Both the position numbers and the translations under genes were made by a program. Below, piece after piece: positions 50,953 through 64,000 of a DNA stretch of 64,000 bases. Location of the stretch: the NCBI RefSeq assembly GCF_006345805.1, contig NC_043005.1, forward strand, positions 93,992,001 to 94,056,000. The letters run 5' to 3'. Each line of letters starts with the position of its first letter. Positions within the stretch are counted from its first letter, which is position 1. Source of the DNA: Octopus sinensis. Its lineage: Eukaryota. The notes beneath the pieces are model-generated. The model was given only the letters and a program-made list of their open reading frames with translations, had not been told where the DNA came from and did not search any database.

Positions 50953-53900
50953 GATGTCTGCAAAAATTAGGATCGCCAGCGACGTCGTCAGACCTTTTAA
51001 TGGCGAAGGCGATGTAGTGGCCTGGATTCGCAAAATCAGGCTGGTGGCAAGACTACAAGGTATAAGCGATGTGGCGAGTCTTATGGTGACGAAGGAATGG
51101 AACGGGGTGAGTAGTGTCCGAGGGTGACGAAGGAATGGAACGGGGTGAGTAGTGTCCGGGCGGTCGACGGCAGCGAAATCCGTTGCAGAGGCAGCAGCAA
51201 GGTAGAGATAGTGGTGCGCGGCGCGACGCTAAGGCTGCAGGCAATTGTGGCCGAACGCGTGATAGATGGAGTTGATGTGGTGATGGGGATGGACGCCATC
51301 AACTGCCTCGGTGGCGTCAGTGTTGTGGGAAATGAGGTCACGTTCGGAAGCGTGGGGGCGTCGTGCACTGCGAGTCAGGATCGCCAGAGAGAGCAGAGCC
51401 TCGCGATGCTCCGCTTACAAGGGAGCGCTTTAACGCTATACCTAGAGATGGATGAAGAGGAACGGCTCAGCGAGGAGAACATAGAGCGACGCTTGCGGGA
51501 TGCCTACACGGAATGCGAATACACAGCTTTTGCTAAGCTAGGTGCAATCACTAGGTGCAATCAGGTGGACGGGAGGCCAAGTGGATGACTATGCATCAGA
51601 AGTTAGAAGGTTAGCGACTCTGGCTGGGTTTGCAGGAGAAGGGCTGGAGAGAGCAGCCCGGCTGGCGTTTGTGAATGGGTTCCCCGACGATGTAGGGATT
51701 CACCTACAACGACTGCCCGGGATTAAAAAGATGCCGCTGAGCGAACTTGTGGCTCAGGCTCGCGTGTTGACGAGACACTCTGGGCGGAAGGCGATAGCGA
51801 TGGCGGTGACGGAGGCGCGTAAAGACGGACGACGTCCCGAGAAAGACGTACAGAAGACCATGCAACGAGAGCGGCCGTTCTCAGGACGGTGTTTTAGATG
51901 CCAGGGACCACACATGGCGCGGGACTGTACGCAGCCGGGGCCCGTTTGCTATTGATGCAGGCAGACAGGACACATTGTCCATGATTGCGACCAGGGAAAC
52001 GACCGCGGGGAAGTTGCTGCCTCTCGAACTTTCCCCGCAAACGAGTAGAGGCGCTATTGGAGACGCTGCCATTGATTGACGTGGAGGCCGAGGGGAAGAC
52101 GTTCAAGGCCCTCGTGGATACGGGCTGTACGACCACCCTTGTGACTTCGAGGGTGACGAAGGAATGGAACGGGGTGAGTAGTGTCCGGGCGGTCGACGGC
52201 AGCGAAATCCGTTGCAGAGGCAGCAGCAAGGTAGAGATAGTGGTGCGCGGCGCGACGCTAAGGCTGCAGGCAATTGTGGCCGAACGCGTGATAGATGGAG
52301 TTGATGTGGTGATGGGGATGGACGCCATCAACTGCCTCGGTGGCGTCAGTGTTGTGGGAAATGAGGTCACGTTCGGAAGCGTGGGGGCGTCGTCCACTGC
52401 GAGTCAGGATCGCCAGAGAGAGCAGAGCCTCGCGATGCTCCGCTTACACCATCGAGGACAAAGACTTTCAGGCGGCGTTCGATGGTCAGCGGTGGACGAT
52501 AGAGTGGCGATGGAAGGACGAGCCCCCGACGCTGGAAAACAGGGTGAGCTGTTACCAGCATACCCTGAAAGGCCACGCCAGGGTCGAGTTTGAAGACGAA
52601 GTGGAGAGGTGGATCGAGCAAGGGGTCCTTGTCCCTTAGAAGGAGGAGGTAGCGGGCGGAGTGCTACCAATGATGGCGGTGGTGCAGCCTACGAAGGGAA
52701 AAGTCAGACCGGTGCTGGACTTCAGGGAGCTAAACCAGTACATATCGTGTCACACGGGAGGTGAGGCGACAGACGTTTGTGGCGAGGCGTTACGTAAGTG
52801 GAGACAGTCGACCAAGGCAGCGACGATTGTTGACTTGAGATCGGCATACTTGCAGCTCCATGTGAGCGACAAACTGTGGCGATATCAGCTGGTGCGGTAC
52901 AAGGGCCGAACGTACTGTTTAACCAGGCTGGATTTCGGGCTGAATTCCGCTCCGAAGATCATGGCGGCAGTGCTTAGGTCAGTCCTAGGGAAAGACGGCA
53001 AGATTAGAAAGGCCACCAGCTCCTACATTGACGACATTTTGGTGGACGAAACTGTAGTGCCAGCCGACGAGGTAGTTAGACATCTGGAGAAGTTCGGACT
53101 GATTGCTAAGCCACCGGAGTCGATTGAAGGGGGAGCCACGCTGGGGCTGAAGCTGCGAAGAGATGGATCGGGTGAATTGGTGTTCCGGAGAGGAAATGAA
53201 ATCCCAGAGCTGAGTTCCAGCGTCAGCAGGAGAGAGAGCTGTTCTCGGTGTGTGGGAAGTTGGTCGGTCACTACCCGATCGCTGGATGGCTGCACACGGC
53301 GTGTAGTTACACCAAGAGACGAGCAGAAGGGGAGAGGTGGGGCGACAAGGTGGGAGAAGGTGGCGATGATGCAGGAAATCCTAGAGAGGACGAGAGCGGA
53401 AGACCCGGTCAGGGGGAACTGGTACGTGCCCAAGACGGAATGCGGGACCGTCTGGTGTGATGCTAGCAGTATAGCGATAGGGGTGGTATTGGCAATCGAA
53501 GGCGATGCGGTGGAGGACGCGGCCTGGCTTCGGAAAGCAGATGATTTCAACCACATCAATGTCGCCGAATTAGACGCGCTGCTGAAAGTGGTGAACTTGG
53601 CCTTGAAATGGGGGCTGCGCACGATTGAAATCCGGACGGATTCGGCCACTGTGCTTGGCTGGGTAGGATCGGTGATCACCGGTGACAGGAGAGTGCGGAC
53701 GAAAGGTGCTGCGGAGATGTTAGTGAAGCGCCGTCTAGGAGTTCTAGGTGAATTGATCGCCGAGTTCGGACTGAAGCTGAACGTGGTTTTCGTGCCTTCG
53801 GAGAAAAACAGGGCGGACGTACTGACCAGGGTGAAAAGAGCGTGGTTGGAAGAACCGGAGGAGGCCCGGAAAGGGATAGCTACGGCGTGTCGGTTGGATG

Positions 53901-54860
53901 ACTCTGTACCAAAAAACTGACTCTGAACTGAAGAAACTGCATGCTATGCATCACCTGGGTGTGGACAGGACCCTGTATCTGGCGAAGAAAATTGATGCTG
54001 ACGTCACTAGGAGAAGCGTCCGGAAGGTGGTCGGGAGCTGCGACAGGTGTGTCCATCGACCCTGCTCCGTGTGGGCATGAACAGGGAAGCCTTTCCGTGG
54101 AGCAGAACTGGAAAAGGCTAGCTGTGGATGTGACACACTACCGTCAGCGAATGTACCTCTCCATGGTCGACTGCGGGCCGGGCCGGCTGGCCATTTGGAG
54201 GGAGTTGAGATCGGGCATTGCTGACGAGATCGCGCAGATCCTGAAAGGGATATTTTTAGAGAGAGGTCCCGTGGAAGAACTACTGATGGACAACGGGGCG
54301 GCGTTTCGTTCGGAAGCATTGAGGGTTATGCTTGATCGGTGGAATGTGCGACGCTTGTTCAGAGCAGCGTATAGGCCGAGTGGTAACGGGATCGTGGAGA
54401 GGCACCATCGGACAGTCAAGGCCATAGCGGAAAGAGGGCACATTTCGCCGCTTGAAGCAGTTTTTTGGTACAACTTGTCTCCCCGACCCGGACAAGCTGA
54501 GGAATCTGTGCTGCAGAGAGCTGTGTTCAAATATGAATGGAGGCACCCGAGCAAAGCGCCGGAGGGTCACGAGGAAGAGAAGGGACCCGTTCGCGTGAAA
54601 ATAGGGGAGGAAGTCTGGGTTAAGCCACCAAAGGCGCGCTGTACGTCTCAATGGAGCAGAGGAACGGTGACGGCGGTCAATTCCAGAAACAACGTATCCG
54701 TAGATGGAACACCACGACACGTCTTGGACCTTCGCAGGATTGTCGCTTCGACGGACGATGATTCTGGTGAGGTGCCCAGCTTGAGAAGATCTCGACGAGC
54801 AAGGCGCTCTCCCGGTTGGATGGTGGACTACGACGTGGAGCGGAAAGATTGTGATCTTTA
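50953..54860 (+). pseudogene. gag-pol, with frameshifts, stops and an internal duplication
   Basis: Begins MSAKIRIASDVVRPFNGEGD at 50953; ORF pieces 51542-51955, 51985-52593, 52661-53920, 53941-54861. Confidence 0.9.
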
Positions 54861-54874
54861 AGATCAGGGTGGCG

Positions 54875-55148
54875 TGTGGGATGATGTCAGCAGCTGGACG
54901 TCAGCAGCTGGGTGCGTTGACCGGAAGGGGCAGCTGTGAGGCGTGCGCAGGCAGCGGGCAATTGGGCCTTTTTTCCAACGTGGGTCGTCCAGGTGACAAG
55001 ACGTGTGAGGACGTCGCTAAGGGTTTGGGCTAGCAGCTGCTATCGTTAGTGTTCGGGTCAGGGCTGTGTCGAAGGACTAGTTACCACTGGAGGGTCTCCG
55101 TCACGAGGAAGAGAAGGTAGGTGCCTTTATATTCAAATCGCGCACACA
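54875..55148 (+). repeat. 3' LTR (274 bp)
   Basis: Direct repeat of 50619-50908. Confidence 0.93.
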
Positions 55149-55480
55149 TTTAATATTGTTTGAAGTCAGTAGACCATAAGAGTGATGTAATTGGAGATTC
55201 CTATCTCACACTGACATGTTGTGCTTCAGGAAGTTTGAAATCGCAGGAGAAATTTTGAACATATCCAATGATTTCAAGATCCATGAACGCGGTATGCTGT
55301 CAAAGGCCTTTTTATAATCAGTCTATGTGGAACTGAGATTTCTGCGTTTATGACAGTTCTCAAGGATCATGTGATTTATTACATCCATTTGAACCCCGTC
55401 GGCACCCCATTTGTTCAGTGGAGAAAATATCGTTCTATTCTATAAATGAGTATATTTTCCCCACGACGATGGATGTTAAA
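55149..55480 (-). mobile_element. R4/Dong-like RT fragment (proximal part)
   Basis: KAFDSIPRSWILKSL...LTSNNIK. Confidence 0.75.
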
Positions 55481-55484
55481 ATTT

Positions 55485-56635
55485 ATCATTATTATTATTA
55501 TTTATTATTTTTTCACTGCTTCTATCGCTGGAGATGTATGACGGTGCCAGCTGTTCACTACCAGTGAACTAAGGTAACACCCCTTATTTTGCGAGCACCA
55601 TCCGGAGTATTCGAGCGGTTCGAAGCAGTGCTGTTTTCTGCAAGTGTTCCACCCTTATTGCAGCCCTTTTTTGTTCCATGTACTTATCATGATTTTTACT
55701 CATTGTTCCCAGGGCTCCGACAGTTATTGGCACTACTACTACCTTTTTCATCTTATATTCTTTCTGGGCTAGTGGCGTACATTGACTGGTAATATGCCAT
55801 ACGGTTTCACCGTTTTGTCCTCAGATTCTGCACTTATCACTTTCTGCTGTGTTGTCTATTCTGTATTTGAAGTAATTGGCTCTTAATGCTTGTTCTTGGG
55901 TAGCACAGATTAGAGCTTCCGTTTCCGGTTTTAAGTGTTTTAGTCATCCATAGTCATCTTTTTTCTCTGTCTGTCTTATCTTCAACATCTCTATGAAATT
56001 GTCCATGCATTCTTTTCTTTACCCACCTATTTTCAGTTTCATTCATTCTCAAGTGCTTGTACAGCGCTTTATCTTTGCAATCTTCCATCCTACACAAGCC
56101 TGACCTTCTTACTTCTAATAATAGCGGTTCTGTGGCATTTTTTACATACCGTGCTATGTTGTTTTCTTCTGCTCTAATGCTGTGTTCGCATCCAGTCAGT
56201 CCTCTTCCCTCTCTTTTTCTTGGTACATACAGTCTGTGTGTGTAACTTTTTAGGTGGAGTATCCCATATCTTGTCAGCAACTTCCTTGTCTTTCCGTCTA
56301 AGTTGTTTAGTTTGTCTACTGTCCATACCATACCATTACCCCTCCTCTATACCTAAGGAGTGAAACCGTTCTTATTCCGTCCGTTTAATTTCGACTTAAG
56401 GATCAGTCTCAGCCTGCGCAAGTACTCCACCTTAAATTTTTTGTCATTTCTTTCTCCATCAATTTATCCATTTCCAATATCACCAAGTACTTATAGCCCG
56501 TCTCTTTTATTTGCCTCATAACCTTCGCGAATTTTGCCTCTCTTGAAGACTAACACACCACACTTATTCAGTCCGAACTCCAATCTGATATCAGCACTGA
56601 AAATATACACTGTATCAACGAGGGAACTGACGAAG
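55485..56635 (-). mobile_element. R4/Dong-like non-LTR 3' part ending in (TAA)n
   Basis: FGLNKCG, YKYL, LDGKTRKLLT...RLYVPRK.EGRGL, ETEALICATQEQAL, CRI..ETVWHI, QKTALLRTARILRMVL*. Confidence 0.85.
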
Positions 56636-56639
56636 GGTG

Positions 56640-57729
56640 CATTGTCAGAGCTAAGGCCCGTGCGCTAAACTCAAAGGGATTAAAGCCGTCCGATGGACAC
56701 GAACGGTAGAGACGCGACGTGTAAACAAAACCACGATCAAGTCTTTCACGGATCAGGACGGACGCGTGCTACACAGTTCTGAGCAGTTACGGGCGGTTTT
56801 CTAGCAGCGCTTTGCAGGGCTGTTTGGGGAGCGTGATGAGTCGACGAAGGTAGCAGACTTTGCTTCGTATCTGGACGGCTTACCACGGTTCACAGTAACG
56901 GACGCGAGATTCTGCGAAAAGCCAACTGCAGCCACTGAAATACGGGAGGCGACGAGTGATTGCACAAGTCGCAAATCGCCCGGTTTGAATGGTCTGCCCT
57001 ACGAATTCTATGTATTCATGCCAAATTTGTTTGGCAGCCTCTTGGCAGACGTCTACAGTAACTGGCAGGAAAACGAGAAAATTCCTAGTGTTGTTAGCTG
57101 AGAAAGGACGTCGACAATGGGTACGTGCTAGGGAATTTTCGGCCCATAACTCTGCTATACACAGAGTTTAGGATTTTGGCCAAGGTGTTAGCGGAAAGAT
57201 TGGCGCTAGTTGTCGGTAGTCAGATCATGGAGACACAAAAGTGCGCAATCCCGAGCAGGTCTATCCACGGCAATCTCCATCTTATGCGATACATCGTAGA
57301 GAGGACTGGGACTAAAGCTAGTTTCGGTGAGGCTCTGATCAATTTAGATCAGTCGAAAGCTTTTGATAGGATCGACCATCGTTATTTGAAAGCCGTCCTT
57401 AAGCGGCTGATTTCGGACCCGTTTTCAGAGGCTGGATTGCTGCAATGCACAGCGGCACCTGCTCGGTGGCCCAATTAAACGGAACCATTTAGTATCGCAT
57501 GCTCGGTCTCTCAGGGCTGCTCGCTGTCACTTCTTCTATATGTGCTGGCTATTGAGCCACGGATACTGAAGTTGGAACAGTTAAGAAGCCTCCCTTTCGA
57601 AATTGGACTCTGAAGTAGAGACAGTCGGCCCTATAGTAACAGAATATGTGTCGGTTGCAGGGGCCAAAGTCAACGTCGACAAGTTGATGATTTGAATGAA
57701 ATCGGTTGGGTAGTTCTCGAATTTTAAGG

Positions 57730-57730
<1 letters not shown>
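56640..57730 (+). mobile_element. Tx1/L1-clade RT fragment
   Basis: KSPGLNGLPYEFY, NFRPITLLYTEFRILAKVLAERL, NLDQSKAFDRIDHRYL, SQGCSLSLLLY. Confidence 0.88.
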
Positions 57731-57773
<43 letters not shown>

Positions 57774-57832
57774 CACACACACACACACACACACAGACTG
57801 ACACACGTTCTTAGTTATATATATATATATAT

Positions 57833-59415
<1,583 letters not shown>

Positions 59416-59504
59416 TTTATATATATATATATACAGAAAAATTAGAATGTATAGATATACAGCATAAGCATCTCCGTGCTGTATAGATATACTTTAATCT
59501 TAGC

Positions 59505-60280
59505 GCCCTTACTGATGGCAAATTAATTTATTTGCCCATTAATGCAGAAATTCCGGATCTTTTCAATTCTGAAGCCAGGACCACAAATAATCTGAAACTT
59601 CGTATGCTGATAGAGTCTAGCAAAACAAGACACAGGTTGGAACTAGTTTATTTGAGAAAGATCTATTTTATGACTTTAATCGTAGATTAAAACTGCGAAT
59701 TTTAACCAATCAGATTGTTTGTTTTCATGTGTAAAACTTGACTGCATTCTATTAGTGTGACGTAGAAAGCGCTTTTGTGACGTACTAACGTTCGTTTGAA
59801 AACTGTAAACAAACACAGAACGTAACGGCAGACGAAATACGGCTACGCATTTCGCCCGGCGTGCTAACGTTTCTGCCAGCTCTTTGCTTTTTTAATATTA
59901 AATTTCTTGCCTTTTGCACAAATAAATACAATAAGTGAAATGAAACGCATTAGCTTAGAAACGAAATCTTGTTAGAAGGAGATTTCACGGAGAATGCGGT
60001 CTGTTTACATTTAAGATGTTTAATACGTCACCAAATTGGTGGTCGAGACGGAGTAAATAAAATAAAGCTGAATGACGGAATATCATTGGTTAAAATTCTA
60101 ATTATTAAACAACGTTAAACTTAGAAGTTACAATTCCGTTTTCATTCTGGTTTACAATTAAGTTTACTTTTGACACATTCTACCAGTATACGAAGTTTCA
60201 AATTGTTTGGTTCAGTAGGAAAAATTTGAAAAAACTGGCTTCAGAATTGAAAAGATCCGAAATTCCAGTATAAGGGTAAC
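59505..60280. mobile_element. MITE-like element with subterminal inverted repeats
   Basis: 59549-59578 vs 60235-60264 match 29/30 as inverted repeats; a second inverted match ~59581-59609 vs ~60184-60210. Confidence 0.55.
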
Positions 60281-60535
60281 TATAGAAATATTTTTATTTT
60301 TCATTTCATTTGAAATTACTCTTATTCGTGGTTTGGGCTTTAACTGCCCTTTCTAGCATGTAAGGTGTCCTGTTAAAGGTTACCTCTTTTATATGAGAAA
60401 TACATATACGTATGTAGTTAATCCAAACAGGAACAAAGAGAAAACAACGCGAGGACATGGAACAAGTATAGTGTTATTGGACGCTCAGGAAAGGAAAGGA
60501 AAGGAAAGGAAAGGAATGAATGAATGAATGAATGA

Positions 60536-60589
<54 letters not shown>

Positions 60590-61074
60590 GTGTGAGCGCG
60601 TATGTGTGTGTGTGTATGTATATATATATTATATCTTTGCTTCAGTCATTGAACTGCGACCATGCTGGACCACCGTATTGAGTGGTTTAGTCAGATTGGT
60701 ACAAGGAATTACTTTTTAAAAGCTGGGTACTTATTTTATCAGTATTTTTCGCCTAATAGCTAAGTTACGGTAATGCAAAAAAGCCAACACCAATTAAGCG
60801 GTGGTAGGGGACAAACACGCACGTGCACACACATATATGTATAGAGTGTTTGAAGTGTTGTACAGATATTGTATATTTAAAAAAAAGTAGTCAGAATTTT
60901 GGATAATTCTGTATTAGTGCTTTCATTCGTTTATCGAACTCGTCAAGACAAATTTAAAGCTAAAATTATACAAAATTCTGACTGCCTTCTTTTTCTCAAC
61001 ACACACACACACACACACACACATACACACACGCACGCACACACATACATACACACACACACACGCACATCAGA

Positions 61075-61205
61075 TTTCTTTCAGTTTCTGTCCACCAAAT
61101 CCACTCACAAATCTTTGGTCAGCTGGGGACCACATTAGATAACGCTTACCCAAAGTGCCACGCAGAGGGACTGAACTCAGAATAATGGGAAGCAAACTTC
61201 TTACC
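61075..61205 (-). mobile_element. tRNA-derived SINE
   Basis: Same family as 31829-31965. Confidence 0.65.
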
Positions 61206-61231
61206 ACATATATTACGTAGACGCGCGCGCG

Positions 61232-61273
<42 letters not shown>

Positions 61274-62736
61274 TATAGAGCAACAGAAACAGATGCAAAT
61301 ATAAGTTGGTATTTGTATAATTGTATTTATGTCTGTCGCTCTATAAGTGCGCGCGCGCGTGTGTACATCTGTACTTATGTGTGTGTATGTGTGCAGGTGT
61401 ATGTAAAATAATATCCATTACTCCAATGAATGGACTTCATTCCCATTGTTCCGAATTCATTTGACCCACAAAAATAAAAATAAAAAAGTACGGAATTGAG
61501 TGTTTGAAGTTCAGAAACATCAACAGATTAACTACAATGGATAAACCCATTGACACAGCTCCAATAAAATGAATAACTCGGTTCTGAGAATCGTATGTGT
61601 GTAAAAACAACTACACGTGTGTAAAAACAGCCTTATAAGGTTCAAATGTCCATATAAGGAGAAAAAAGTCGGTTCTTGTTGCTGAGATTAATCGATATAC
61701 GTACAGCTGTTTGCTCCGCCCAATCTCCATTATTCACACAAATATAGAGAACCTAGATTTACATGTTCACATAGGAATTCTTGCAAACCTGAATGACAAA
61801 TGGTAAAAGCCATTGAAGATGGCTGGAAACAGAGAGTGAGGGGGGGGGGGCATATGTGCGTGTGTGTATATGAGTGCAAGTGTGTGTGTCAGGACTGGGG
61901 GGGGGTTAAAGAGAAAGAAATAATGAAAGTAAAGATATATAAAGGTAAACGAAAGTAATAAAGGGAAAATGAGAGAGAGAGAGAGAAGGAGGAAGAATAA
62001 GGAAAGCGTGAAAGAGGAATGAGAAAGCGGGAGAAAGAAAATGAGTGACGAAGAGAGAACAAGAAGCATTGAGTGCGTCCTTATGTGCGTGCGGGTGTTC
62101 ATGTATAAAGGTAGAAAATATAAAGAAAATGTGTGCATGTGTGCCTGCGGGCATGTCTATCTCTTTCTCTCTCTCTCTCTCTCTCTCTCGGCGAATATCT
62201 CCCCCTCCCTCCCCCTCTCTCTCTATCGATCTGTCTATTTGTCTGCATCAATTTGATAGACAACAGAAAAGCCAAAATAAATAATAAACATCAAAATTCA
62301 ACCTGAGAAGTGGCAGACGAACAAAAAATGGTTCGTAATAAATGTTTAAAATTTTGGCCCAAAGCCGTCTTTTTATGCCTGTGTGTGTGTGGAGGGGGGG
62401 GCAGCGATCCCAGTACTTGACAAGTATTTTATTTTACCAACCCCAAAAGAATAAAAGACTAGGCTGACTGCATCAGTTTTTAATAATGCTACCAAAAGTT
62501 AATTCTAAGAAATTAAAAGGTGCAATCACAGTGATAATAATGGTTTGAAATTTCGACACAAGGCCAGCAGTTTTAGGGGCAAAAGGGCTTAGTCGATTAC
62601 ATCAACCTTGTTTTATCAACAAGGATGAAAGGTAAAGTTGACTGCAGCAGAATTTGAACTCAGAATGTAATTAGAAGAAATATCATGAATCATTTTGTCC
62701 GATGCTCAAACGATTCTGCCAGCTCACTGCCTTAAA

Positions 62737-62772
<36 letters not shown>

Positions 62773-62773
<1 letters not shown>

Positions 62774-63321
62774 GCCCTGATGCAGTACCAGGCAGTGGCT
62801 CTCATGGCTTCTGATCTTAACTGATTGGAAGTGTTATCATGTACATTGTTTTGTCTTGGTATAAAAGATGGGCTACAGCAAATATTCTGCTCAATACCAC
62901 AGATTTGCTTGTCAGTTGTTTGACCTTAACCAGTTGAGCATGTCCCTTAGTGGCTGACGATATGTGCATCTCTGATCACGAGCAGACGTAGTGGGGGAGC
63001 ATCATGTGTTGAGAGGGATTCTTTGGGGTTTGAATAGTTCACCTCTGGAAACATGGGTGGTTCTTTCAACATCCTTAAACAACCCTTATTCAGGGACCGT
63101 TTGAGCGGGATGGGCTACTCAACCTGAAGAAAATTCTAACTGGGCCCCATCTGCAAGGTCATGTGCTGTTTATCTTGATATGAGATCACCATGTCGCGCA
63201 CATATGGTTGTGATGCATGTGCCTGGTGTACCTTTATCAGACGGGTAGTCATGATGGGTATATTGGGCTTCGTATATTTTACCCCAGTGTCACTTTGATG
63301 GCATGAACTGCTCTCTCACTC
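62773..63321. mobile_element. ~550-bp ORF-less element embedded in (AAT)n
   Basis: Complex sequence with sharp boundaries into (AAT)n at 62737-62772 and 63322-63360. Confidence 0.5.
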
Positions 63322-63362
<41 letters not shown>

Positions 63363-64000
63363 TGATGATGATGATGATGATGCTTGAAATTTTGGCCCAA
63401 GGCCAGCAGTTTTAGTGGAAGGAGGATAGTTGCTTACATCAACCCCACCATTTGACTGGTACTTTATTTTATTGACCCCAAAGGATGAAAGGCAAAATAA
63501 ACATCAACAAAAATTGAACTCAGAATGCTCCAAAGCAATTTTTCTGATGCCAAATCACTGCCTTAATAATGATAATAATAATGCTGATCAGGAATTTTTC
63601 AAAAGGAGGGCACAAGGTCAGAAGGGAATATAATTCCAGGAGAAAAGGGCATATTAACATTATTTAGAAGGGTGCACTTCTTTTCTTGAGGGGTGAGGAG
63701 CACTAGCCCCTGAGGTCACCCCTGGTGATGATGATGATGATGATGATGATTTCTTTTACTGGCCATAGTAGTGGGCAGCCCACCTAGAGTAATTTGGGAT
63801 TCCTTCCCCACAAAAGGTCCAGGATTACTCTGTTATCTCCAATAAATTTGACAAGCATATAAAAATTGTAAAAAAGAAACATAAGAGAAAAAGTTAAACA
63901 TTTTTTTCATGAATGACAAAATGTCTTGAGTAATAAAGTAACATTGAATTGTAGAAGTTTTGTGTAAATGTCGAGAAAAACTGGAACAAATGAATTAACT

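Larger units (their letters stand above)
50619..55148 (+). mobile_element. Gypsy-type LTR retrotransposon with both LTRs, gag-pro-RT-RNaseH-integrase disrupted
   Basis: TG...CA LTRs; gag with CCHC knuckles; LVDTG protease; VLDFRELN, YIDD; CDASS; HHCC plus D-D-E integrase downstream of RNase H; purine-rich tract before the 3' LTR. Confidence 0.95.

Overview
Eukaryotic, repeat-saturated DNA: AT-rich, CpG-depleted, dense in (TA)n/(CA)n/(GA)n/(CAT)n microsatellites. The SINE/LINE families look like those of an octopod cephalopod, which is inference, not a database match. No host protein-coding gene can be supported. The window is a nest of mobile elements: at least five Penelope-like elements (PLEs: RT and/or C-terminal GIY-YIG) plus ORF-less PLE-like termini, several RTE LINEs, CR1/L2-group, Tx1/L1 and R4/Dong-like fragments, a two-LTR Gypsy element, pogo and mariner remnants, and tRNA-derived SINEs. 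The most notable signal is about ten minimal type I hammerhead ribozyme (HHR) motifs with palindromic stem III in the first 32 kb. These include two canonical ones in PLE termini (16344-16420, 22888-22933), two with a compensatory U3-A8 core (3816-3881, 5069-5120), and one in an ORF-less 355-bp tandem unit that folds back 1-4 nt from its predicted cleavage site (10485-11193), a candidate retrozyme/circRNA element. All structures were read by eye and need computational or experimental confirmation.
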